DNA of 64,000 nucleotides from Amphiscolops sp. MND2022 (Eukaryota): contig OZ076409.1 of assembly GCA_964187785.1 (NCBI GenBank), positions 90,708,001 to 90,772,000 on the forward strand, read 5' to 3'. Below the pieces are notes generated by a model. That model did no database searches. It was not told the origin of the DNA and was given only the letters and a program-made list of their open reading frames with translations. This document shows, one piece after another, positions 51,514 to 61,022 of this stretch (position 1 is its first letter; each line of letters opens with the position of its first letter). The position numbers and the translations under genes are program-made.

Positions 51514-54500
51514 TCAATATTGAGTTTGAGGTATTTCTTCTGTTGTGACTGCGTCAAGCATCCGGTAATCGGGATGTGCATTAGGCTTAGGGTTAGGACG
51601 TAAGTTGTATCTTCCTGCTTTCATCGGGTTGTATCCGACAACTATAGGCGGGAGTGTAGGCGGTATGGGAGGGCTTTCCGTAGGCGGTGGGGTCATTATG
51701 AAAGGGTTATCGCTGACATCTAGGTTGAGCGACGTTTCATTTCCGGGGGGAATTTGTTCTGCTATTGAAGTTTCGTCTGCAGTTGTTATAACTGTTTCTT
51801 GTTCCGTTGTATTTGCGTCTTCCGCTGGCAGCTCTGTGATGTTAGCTTCTTCAATTTCTCTTTCCGATGAGTTGCCGAACAGAACTTCTCCGAATTCGGT
51901 TTCCCAAGCTTGCGCGTACCAATCATCATGGGTTGTTTTAACCTCGGGATCTGGAAGTTGATCTTCCACTTTGACTGTTACGTCAGGTACTCGTTGATTG
52001 GGCGCGTATAGCCTTAGGCGAATTCTATGGAGGGTTTGCGTATATCTTGTTCCCTTCTGTCTTACGACGTAATTGTTATTGGAAAGGACTTTGACCACTA
52101 TATATGGTCCTGTCCAAATGCAATCTTTGAAAGCGAATTTCATTGACTGGTTATCAGCCTTCGGGTTCAGGACGTAGCAATAGTCATTGATTTTCAATGG
52201 CATTGCTGTCGCTTTTTTATCATAATATCGCCTATACTTCAAATATGATTGCATGAGGTTGTCCTTGGCTGACTGGTGGATTTCAGCGATTTGCTTTTGT
52301 AATTCGTCCGTAAGGTCTTCGTTAGCGTCTTTTTTCCATTCTGGCTTGAGTCCCAGCTTGATATCCAGAATGTTGTACGGAATGCGTCCGTGAAATACGG
52401 TTGTTGGTTCGCATCCTAGGCTTTCGTGGTAACTAGTGTTGTAGTTCATTACTGCAATTTGTACGTATTTGTGCCACATCGAACGGCGTTCTCCCGTTGA
52501 TATTTTGAGGGAAGTCTTTAGGGATGCATGCGTTCTCTCGAGTATTCCAATCGTTTGTGCATGTTTCGTCGATGCGTGGCTAATCCGTATGTCCAGTGTT
52601 TGTGCTATTTGGTTCACGACATCTGATCGGAATTGTGATCCTTTATCAGTCAGAATCACTGTAGGCAGATAACAGTGACGTGTCATAACGTCAATTATGC
52701 ATCGTCCGACTGTTCTGGCAGTCATGTCTTGAGTGGGGTATGCGAACAAATAACGGGAGAAAACGTCCATCATGGTTATGATGTGTTTGTAGCCATTTGA
52801 TGAGGGTAGATTGGGTAGAATATCGACTTCTAGACAATCTTCTGGTCCGAATGTGAATTCTGTATTACTCAGCATTTTAGGACGTATTTGGCGCGTGTCG
52901 ATTCGTTTGTTGGCTATGCAATCTGGGCAGTTGATTACCCAGGCTCTAATTTTCCGCGCTAGTCCCGGATAGTAGTACTTTGCTCGGCTTTCCCGAATCA
53001 TTTTGGTTATTCCTGGGTGTTTGTTCATTTTTCCATGTAGCGTCGATAGGAGTTCTGGTACTATATGTTTCGGTATGAGGATTTGGTGATGTGTTACTGT
53101 GCCATCTTCTCCGTAGTATTTACGCATGAGTACTCCGTCTTTGACTATTATTCTTTCTTCGTGACGTAGTAGGTTTCGTCCTCTGGGTTCGGTCTTGGGA
53201 AGGTGTTTGTCGTACTCTTCGTGAAGCAGCCGTAGTTTCAATGCTTTCAATATCGGGTCCGCGTCCTGTTCGTTGCGGATGCGGGCGTTTTCCTTGATGG
53301 CTCCAAAGGCGTATACTGCTGAGTTGAGAGGTATGTGCACTGTTTCTGTGACTTCCGTTGTCAAGTTTTGTTGTTCCTTTTCGTCTATTGCTCGTTGTTT
53401 GCTAAGGGCTTTCCTGGCGAAAATTTCTTGTTCTGATTCCTCTTCTTCGTCTGGCAGGAAAAAGAGTTGTTCTTCGTCCGCAACATCTGTAGACTGTAGG
53501 TTAACCTCGATAGGTGCCGTTATGATGTCGTCTCGCAATTTGAGTTGGATTCTCTCTTTTGGAGTTAATTCGAGGCGAGACAGGAAGTCGGCTGCTGTAT
53601 TTTGCGAGCCAGCTACGTGCATGATGCGGAATTTGAACTGGAGTACATAGTCGCAGGCATTCCAGAGAGCGGGTGGCGTTGTTTGCGTCTGGAAAAATCT
53701 CGTTACTGATCTGTTGTCTGTCAGTACTAGTGTAGGTAGTGTTGTTTCCCAGAGAATGTGACTATATTCAAGGAATGCATGATATATTGCGAGGAATTCT
53801 TTACAGTATATCGACATATTCAGTTGTGACGGAGAGAACACGCGTGATCCGAAAGCTACAGGGGCGAAGGTTTTTCTTTTGGAGAGTAGTTTTTTGTCGT
53901 CGTTTTCTTCGATCATGAGCGCATATCCGGATGCTCGGAAGCTAGCATCCGTCATCAGTACATATTGTTTTCCTGCAATCGGCTGTCTGAGTGCAAGTCC
54001 GCAGGCTTCCGCTAGGCTCGCGTTAATCGCTTTGAAGTTGTCGACTAGTTCTTCAGATATGGTGATTTTGGCATCTGCTTTTAGGAGTTCGTACATTCCA
54101 ATCATTTTTTCGGACAATCTTGGTATGTAGTTTCTGTAGTAGTTGATGAATCCAATGTATTTCTGGACTTGTTTCTTTGACCGGGGAAATCTGATTTTTG
54201 ACAAGAAACTGGTGATTTTGTGGTCTTGCGGTGCTACTCCGTGGGGTGTGATGGTTCTTCCCAGGAATTCGATTTGGGTGACACCAAAGTGGCATTTTTC
54301 AATTGTGAGTTTTAGTCCTGCCTTGCGGATGCATTTGAAGACTGCTCTGATGTTCTTAATGAGTTGTTCCGTTGTGTTGGCGGCGATTCCAATGTCGTCC
54401 ACATATTGGGCACACTGGTCTGCTTTGATGACGGTGTCGAGGTATTCCCGCATGAAGCTCGAAAAGGCTGACAAGGCTCTACTAAGGCCTTGGGCTAGCC

Positions 54501-56724
54501 TACGATAGGCAAACGTTCTACTAGCAAAATTAAATGCAAGGAGTTCTACTGACCTTTGATCTGCCATTTGGAGGCTGTGAGAGGCTTGTGAGCAATCTAG
54601 TTTGCAGAACAGCTGCTTCCCCGCTAGGTGTTGTGCGGCATCTGAGAGGGTGCTGATGGGGTGGTTGTTGTTTATGTAGTCATCTGAGATGAGGGCGTTG
54701 ATCTTCCGTAAGTCCACTAGGAGCCGTAGTTTGCCGTTGGGTTTGCGTTGCGCGAAGATGGGGCTGGCATATTTCGAGAATGGGAGGGTTGTGATGATCC
54801 CGTATTTGTGCATCAGTGCCAATTCTACTGTGAGGTCGTCTTTGAGGTTGATGGGTACGGGGAGACTCTGTGTATATACCAGTTTGTCGTTTTTGGGAGT
54901 TAGGCATACCTTGAACTGGTTGTTCATTCCGATGTCCAGTCGGTGACGTGCAAAAATGTCATTGAATTCGACTAGGGTGGACTCTAGGTTTTCACGGTCT
55001 TCTCCCGTTATTAGTGAATCATTCCATTTGAATAGCGAGGGGAATTGTGTTCTGGATTTTTCGTCTTGTTTGGGGTCCAGTTCTTCTAATCTTTGTAGTT
55101 CGCGTAGTTCTCGTAGAATGCGTTGTTGGATGGGTGTGTGTTCCGATTCATCTCCGGGATTTTCGGGAGTTGGGAACCAGAATTTCTCTTCTGTTTGTTC
55201 TGACGAATCAACTTGCATCAGTGCATTAACGTACGCAACAACATCGTCGTGTTCGGTGAGTAGATTGAGGGCTGCTATGTCTACTGCTCGTATCAATTTC
55301 GTTTCTTCGGGTTTCAGTATTTGTAATTCTGCTAGTTTCGTATGTGGCGTTACTGTATAGGGGAAGTCTGTGGTGTTCGCTATTTTTATCGCGACTCGTT
55401 TGTCTCGGGCTGTTGTTATTGCTGGGGCTACTATGAGTTTTGCATTTTCGTCGAACTGTGGCAAAGGTTGGACTGTCCCAGTTATTGAGTGGTCATTGCT
55501 TGTGGTGATGGAAGCGTGGATGATCCGCGTGGCTTGGGCTGGTATGGTGTGTTTTTCTTCCGTCTTGATAGTGATGGGTTTGGGGTTGCACTTTTCTCTT
55601 TCATCTTTTAGGGCTAGAGTGATTTGTATTTTAGGAAAGTCTATTGTTCCTTGTGCAGTGTCTAGGATTGCGGAATGCTTCCGGAGGAATGCCAGGCCAA
55701 TGATTGGGTAAGATGTTTTGGTCATGATGATGAAAGTTTCTTCGAACGCGTAGTCCCCAATTTTGAATTGCATTGTGTATGTTGCACGGGTTTTTTCGAG
55801 TTCTGTGTTGGCATATTGTATCTTGAAAGGGGGTGGAGGTGCTTTCGCGATTATGGTTGCGTTGGCTTCAGTTTGTATCTTGTCTGCATCTCTTTCACTG
55901 ATGACGTTGATGTAGGCTCCCGAGTCGACTAATGCATCAATTCTAGTGTTTTCAAAGTCGAGAGGAATAAAGAGCATTCTTTTCTTCTTTTTGAGGGCAA
56001 TTGCCGACATTAACGGAATGTAGTCGTCGTCTTTATCATGTTGTATGAATTCTTTTATGATGTTGAGATCATATGGCAGTTGTTGTGAGCATTCCGTTAC
56101 TTCGTCGTCTGCATGATTGTTGTCCTGAGTTGGCAATTCGGATGCTATTGTTGGTGGTGATACTGTTTGATCATCTACTCCTCGTTGTTCTTTTGCCTGT
56201 TGTGTCCATATTGTTTTATCCTCGATGCAGATGATGTTCTCTGCATCTATTGGTGTGGACGTGGTAGTGGCGGGTGTTGGCGAGGACTGTGTTGTCTTTT
56301 TTAGGATTGGTGACAAAGGTGTTGGTAGGGTTGTACTCTCGGTGACTTGAGCCTGAGGATTTGAAACTTGGATCTTAAAAGAGAGTTTGTTTGTGTCATA
56401 GATGGTTGGTTCATCCCAGGGATCACATCTATAGTCTCTATCATATATGTAAATGCGTTCTGTCTTTGATTCTGGTAAGGGTCTTTTTAGTGTCGCGTAG
56501 TTATCGGGCGATTCTGTTATCCATTGGGGTAGTGGTGTTGGGTCTTCTGGGTGTCGTGCATTGTGTCTAAGTATCATGCCTACGTTCCAACGACGTTGCC
56601 AATCCTGTGTTGGTTCTTCGTTGCATTCGGTCATGAAGTCTTCTTCGTAGCGATTTGGAGGGTCTTCTATTGTGTACGCCCTTGCGTCTACCGTTTCCCC
56701 GAAGCGGAGGCGCGGCGTTTTCAG
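51514..56724 (-). CDS. pol: Gypsy pol polyprotein (protease, dUTPase-like spacer, RT, RNase H, integrase), intact frame
   Basis: 1706-aa ORF, open upstream to the slippery site; LVDSGA, YVDD, TDAS/EFLA/TDN/ADFLSR, H-HPG-CPDC, DIL/TDKG/LER. Confidence 0.97.
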   Translation of the reverse strand: MKTPRLRFGETVDARAYTIEDPPNRYEEDFMTECNEEPTQDWQRRWNVGMILRHNARHPEDPTPLPQWITESPDNYATLKRPLPESKTERIYIYDRDYRCDPWDEPTIYDTNKLSFKIQVSNPQAQVTESTTLPTPLSPILKKTTQSSPTPATTTSTPIDAENIICIEDKTIWTQQAKEQRGVDDQTVSPPTIASELPTQDNNHADDEVTECSQQLPYDLNIIKEFIQHDKDDDYIPLMSAIALKKKKRMLFIPLDFENTRIDALVDSGAYINVISERDADKIQTEANATIIAKAPPPPFKIQYANTELEKTRATYTMQFKIGDYAFEETFIIMTKTSYPIIGLAFLRKHSAILDTAQGTIDFPKIQITLALKDEREKCNPKPITIKTEEKHTIPAQATRIIHASITTSNDHSITGTVQPLPQFDENAKLIVAPAITTARDKRVAIKIANTTDFPYTVTPHTKLAELQILKPEETKLIRAVDIAALNLLTEHDDVVAYVNALMQVDSSEQTEEKFWFPTPENPGDESEHTPIQQRILRELRELQRLEELDPKQDEKSRTQFPSLFKWNDSLITGEDRENLESTLVEFNDIFARHRLDIGMNNQFKVCLTPKNDKLVYTQSLPVPINLKDDLTVELALMHKYGIITTLPFSKYASPIFAQRKPNGKLRLLVDLRKINALISDDYINNNHPISTLSDAAQHLAGKQLFCKLDCSQASHSLQMADQRSVELLAFNFASRTFAYRRLAQGLSRALSAFSSFMREYLDTVIKADQCAQYVDDIGIAANTTEQLIKNIRAVFKCIRKAGLKLTIEKCHFGVTQIEFLGRTITPHGVAPQDHKITSFLSKIRFPRSKKQVQKYIGFINYYRNYIPRLSEKMIGMYELLKADAKITISEELVDNFKAINASLAEACGLALRQPIAGKQYVLMTDASFRASGYALMIEENDDKKLLSKRKTFAPVAFGSRVFSPSQLNMSIYCKEFLAIYHAFLEYSHILWETTLPTLVLTDNRSVTRFFQTQTTPPALWNACDYVLQFKFRIMHVAGSQNTAADFLSRLELTPKERIQLKLRDDIITAPIEVNLQSTDVADEEQLFFLPDEEEESEQEIFARKALSKQRAIDEKEQQNLTTEVTETVHIPLNSAVYAFGAIKENARIRNEQDADPILKALKLRLLHEEYDKHLPKTEPRGRNLLRHEERIIVKDGVLMRKYYGEDGTVTHHQILIPKHIVPELLSTLHGKMNKHPGITKMIRESRAKYYYPGLARKIRAWVINCPDCIANKRIDTRQIRPKMLSNTEFTFGPEDCLEVDILPNLPSSNGYKHIITMMDVFSRYLFAYPTQDMTARTVGRCIIDVMTRHCYLPTVILTDKGSQFRSDVVNQIAQTLDIRISHASTKHAQTIGILERTHASLKTSLKISTGERRSMWHKYVQIAVMNYNTSYHESLGCEPTTVFHGRIPYNILDIKLGLKPEWKKDANEDLTDELQKQIAEIHQSAKDNLMQSYLKYRRYYDKKATAMPLKINDYCYVLNPKADNQSMKFAFKDCIWTGPYIVVKVLSNNNYVVRQKGTRYTQTLHRIRLRLYAPNQRVPDVTVKVEDQLPDPEVKTTHDDWYAQAWETEFGEVLFGNSSEREIEEANITELPAEDANTTEQETVITTADETSIAEQIPPGNETSLNLDVSDNPFIMTPPPTESPPIPPTLPPIVVGYNPMKAGRYNLRPNPKPNAHPDYRMLDAVTTEEIPQTQY

Positions 56725-56730
56725 TTTTTT
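56680..56730 (-). promoter_or_regulatory. -1 ribosomal frameshift signal between gag and pol
   Basis: A_AAA_AAC (56730-56724) directly before the gag TGA; the -1 frame is open into pol; GC-rich CGCC...GGCG segment begins ~6 nt downstream. Confidence 0.85.
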
Positions 56731-58133
56731 GGCTGAATTTCGACAGTGGGGATCGGTTGTTCACTGATTTGGCTGGTAGGTATGGCAAATTCATGGCGTT
56801 TCTTTCTGGGGTCATTTGCCGCATTAGCTCCGTACCAGCAGTTTTCAGTTTTGTGAAGTTTTCCACATGTGTCACATTTAGGTTTGGGCGGGTCATTTGT
56901 ATTGGTAGCACCGTTTTGCGCTTTAGTTTCGTAGTAGCGTTCTTTGCGGAGTTTTCTACATTGGGCTTTGTAGTGGCCGTATTTGCCACAGTGGAAGCAG
57001 TTTCCTCGTTGGGTGGGCTCTTTTTTCGGTTCCGGGGGAGCAACGTCGACCGTGTTTAGTGGAACTAGTATTGTTTCGTCTGGGGCGCCCAGGCCATTGA
57101 GGCGCATCTCTCTTTCGAGATGGAGGACAATGTCGTTGTACGGCTTGTCTTCGAGGTAGGCACGGTTGAGAATCTTTTTGACATGGTCCGGCATTTTGGA
57201 GTATATTGCCTTGTCTATAAATTTTTGTGCTTCAGAGCCGAACGCTTCTTTAGCCGTTTTTTGCAGTGTATCCAAAAATTCATGTAATTTTTGTTTGGTT
57301 GGGTCAAAATGTAGCGAGTCCCATTCGCATCTCGCTTTGGCAGAAGATTAAAAATCTCCGAAGCGCCGTTTAAACGCCGTAATTACCTCCTCTAAGTTAT
57401 CTTTTTTGGCATCGTCTAAGTTGCAATATTCTTGTAGTGCATTGCCTCGTAGTAGCGAGTGGAAGTAGTTGATTTTTTGGATTTCTGTTAGATGTGGGTA
57501 CATTTTTATGTTGTTCCGGAATAAGTCCTCGAAAAGTTCGAATTTTTCTGACTTACCATCGAATACAGGCAATGATGCAGTGAGTGCTTTGGGCATTGAG
57601 GGTAGGTGGGGCGGCTGGTGTATTTCCGGTCGGGGAGCGAAGAGTAGTCGTGATGTCGAAGGACGTTCGTTGGGTGGCAAACTTTGTGGGCGATGCGGTC
57701 GTGTTTTCTTCTTTCCGAGGTTCGTTGAGTCATTGAGGACTCCTGTCACCATGTTACGACTTTTTATCGGGGTGGTTTTACGAGTAGTCGCAGTGGTTTT
57801 AGTTTTTATTGGTGTTGATGTCGCATTTTCCGGGATGTTCTCGGGATCAGAATCAGTTTCTTCGGATGCTCTGGCTTCAGCATGCTTTTTAGTTACTGGG
57901 GCTATTAGTTTTAACATTTCCTTTTGGTTCTCAGCTAAGATCTTAGTGAGGTCAGACATGATTTCTTTTCTCAGCACAGATTTTATATTCTCTAAACTGT
58001 CAGTAGTGACTTTAGGAGACTTGCTTGTACCTACTATAGGATTTTCGCCCGTAGTATTTTCGGGTAGAGGAGTTTCTATTTCAGTTGAAATAAGCTCTTC
58101 AGCTGCTTTTCTCTTTTGGCTTCTAGTAGTCGT
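56721..58133 (-). pseudogene. gag: gag of element D (~470 codons), start codon mutated and premature stop
   Basis: Zinc knuckles CFHCGKYGHYKAQC and CDTCGKLHKTENC, LPVFDG motif; ACG at 58133 where the other LTR has ATG (44538); in-frame TAA at 57350-57348. Confidence 0.9.
57739..57751 (-). promoter_or_regulatory. Primer-binding site of D, tRNA-Leu-like
   Basis: TGGTGACAGGAGT directly follows the LTR's terminal CA; 12/13 match to the tRNA-Leu-type PBS TGGTGTCAGGAGT as recalled. Confidence 0.7.
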
Positions 58134-59927
58134 TTTCAGAGTTCAAGAACAAGGTCTTCGGAAAATATTTGAATTCGTCGAAGAATGAGTTTTCGTTATT
58201 ATAACGGAACAAAATTGATCGCAGTGAAACAAAAGGGTTGATTGATTTTTACATGAGATTTCTAACTATATATACCCTCTCAGCATCATTTGTTCCTCAC
58301 CTAAAAATTCCTAGGAATCCCTAAAATCCGTTTTGTTCATAAAAAATGCTTAATCATTCATATCATTTCAGCCTTTCAATTAATTGTTCATAATTTAAAA
58401 TTCCTAGTTACGGCAATCTTACGGAGTACTTGTTGAAGTCATTTTTGTTCAGTTGTCCCGTTTCCGGTTTAATCACGGAAAAGGCGGCAAAATAAAAGTC
58501 TAGTTAGATTTTCATCGCAAGAGGCACGCTGGCGTGAACGATGATTCAGTTTGCGTGCGATGAAATTTTCAACTCGCTATAAAAATGATGACAAGCAAAA
58601 TTTGCTACGGAAATATCTCGGACTAATTTCGGATTAATGAAGTGAGATATTTGACAAGGAACAAGTGATGCTGAAAAGGTGATAAACATAAACAAGAATT
58701 CTGATTATTGAAGAAACATTCTGATTATTGAAGAAACAAGAATATCTGGCAACATGACAGAAACATCTAACAATATTTTACATGATTCGATTTTATAGCG
58801 AATAATCAAAATAACAAAATATTGCATTACATCCAGTAACGTTATACCAACGTAGCAAAATTAGGTGACTTCTTTTGCGAAAATATAATACAAAGCTCCT
58901 TCATTAAGTGATTTACCTTTATCTTAACTAACAGCACGAACATTCTAATCTAATCACTAAACGGGGAGAATCCGGTTGGAAAAAGTAAAGCCTTATGATA
59001 ATTTAAATATCTCAAAATAATTCTACATGACCTCAGGAACATCCTAATGTATTTGGATAGCTTCTGAGTTTTAGAATTTTCCACGCTTGTCTTACATGTA
59101 TTAACATTAGGTATAACTTCACCTATTACAATTCACTCCGTAAACGCTCCGTAAATGCTCCCTACGTATTAAGATTGGCTATAATTTTCTCGGCTTACAA
59201 TTTGTTCCGTAAGCACTCCGTACATATTAAGATTGAGTATAGCTTTCTTAGCTGTTAGCGGAGCAAGCTCGGAGTAATTCGCCATCTTTAAATTCATTCT
59301 TAATGACGTCATTAGGAATGGTTCTAACTAGCTTGAGCGCAAATTTGCTGGTATTAGCTACAACGCTATTGGTCCGTAAGTTAGAAATACCAGCAACTTA
59401 GATATTTGAGTGACGCTGTCATAACGTTGTAAAGGTTTATTCAAATTACTTGACTGTATTTTGAGTGGCTTTTTACAACTACTTCAAACTCTGAAAACAA
59501 ATCTCCTTAACTGTTTCTATGTTCTTTTCATTTTAGATTGTATGCGTTCCGTTGGGATCACGGAATTAGATAATGTTTTAATGTTTTCTTTTTAGTGTGA
59601 AAAGGAGAAAAATTGATCCCAATGTTAAGAATGTTTTCATCTTTAGTATTTAGATTGTCATGGAATTTTCAACAGTTAAAACCGGAAGTAAATTAAACTG
59701 TTGCATGTGAAAACATTGGACCGGAAATTCTATTTGTCAGAAATCATTTTTGGATATTTTACGTTACATTTCCGCTCAACTTAACTCGTGCTGCGGTTTA
59801 GATAAAGGTAAGATTTAAAAGTGTTTATTACTTTAGTGTCCCGCTGGTCTTCCGTGACCTCTCCCTCTAGCGAATTTGGGTATTCCCCCACAGCAGGTAA
59901 AATCCCGACCGGGAGCGGGTCGTGACA
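57752..59927 (-). repeat. Second LTR of D (5' LTR of the left unit, shared with the next unit)
   Basis: Copy of 44157-46332, adjacent to the PBS. Confidence 0.65.
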
Positions 59928-60561
59928 GGGCGCCTCTATAGCCTGTTTCCCACGGTCTGGGGCAATTAGGAATCTCCCTCGTGATGAGCACGGGTTGCTT
60001 CCGCGTCCTTGCCAGCCTGGCTGAGGTGAATCTCGTCCCACGTCCGCACAACGGGCTGTATTCCAGGCTGCTTTGTAGATCTATGCCGTATGCGTTTTCG
60101 ATTTCTTCTACTGCTGGCTCCATCAAGTCGTCGAGTTTGTCGGCTTTTGCAGGCGGTCCATTGTACTGAAGCTCTTTGTTAGACACGTCTCGTAATACTG
60201 GGGCGGGCTGCAGCGGCGGTAGTTGACGGGGAGTATCCGGCTCTTCTAAGTAGCTTTCTTCAGACGTTTCAGTACTATGCCCTTCCACTATGAAACCTTC
60301 GCCAGGGCTTGTAGTGCCGAAGTTTATTTTTCTCGGTGAACCGATAGTCTCAAATGTAGACGCTGAGATGCCGGATAAATTTAGACTATTGATAGAGTCC
60401 ATCATCTCTTCTGCGCTGCCTTTTGTAGCTTCTAAGGAGGCTTCGGAGAGGTTCAGAACTGTGATCCCATTTAGTGGGAGGGTTTTGATGGGTGTGCTTT
60501 GCCTGACTTCGTTTTCTTCTTCATCAGAAGAGATATCAATTACGAGTTCGTAATTGCTCAT
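59833..60561 (-). CDS. Second copy of the 242-aa extra ORF
   Basis: Translation identical to 46238-46966. Confidence 0.55.
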   Translation of the reverse strand: MSNYELVIDISSDEEENEVRQSTPIKTLPLNGITVLNLSEASLEATKGSAEEMMDSINSLNLSGISASTFETIGSPRKINFGTTSPGEGFIVEGHSTETSEESYLEEPDTPRQLPPLQPAPVLRDVSNKELQYNGPPAKADKLDDLMEPAVEEIENAYGIDLQSSLEYSPLCGRGTRFTSARLARTRKQPVLITREIPNCPRPWETGYRGALSRPAPGRDFTCCGGIPKFARGRGHGRPAGH

Positions 60562-61022
60562 TTTTGAATTTTGAAGATTTCAGCTAACTTAACTTCACGT
60601 TTGGGATGCGGCAAATGAAAAGGTCAACTTCCTTTTCGTTCGTAATTTTCCTGCATTCCTATTGGCTGTTATTTTCCTTTTATTCCGGTTCGTTTTTCTT
60701 CGGAAACGTTTCGTTTCCATCTGCGCTGTGATTGGCTGAACCGATATAAATAAAGTTTCTAATTTTGAACTTCATCATGGCGTCACCAATTTTTTTCCGG
60801 AGATTGTCCGTATGACGTCATTGATGCTTCTTTAGGGGAACTACGTTTATACTCCGTAATTCCAAAATGATTTTTCTTTAAGTCTTTTGAGAATCTCCTT
60901 GTAGGTTTTGATTCGCCCGTAGGATTTTGGGGACGTTTCGTTCCTTTAGGGGGTTTGCGTTCACCTCGCGTAATCTTCTCTTTCCTGATCGTTTCTTTTT
61001 ATTTTTAGATTGCCGTTGAATC

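Noticed and set aside
51605..57351. Many short plus-strand ORFs opposite gag-pol (likewise opposite B and C)
   Set aside because: Shadow ORFs caused by codon bias; no independent coding features.
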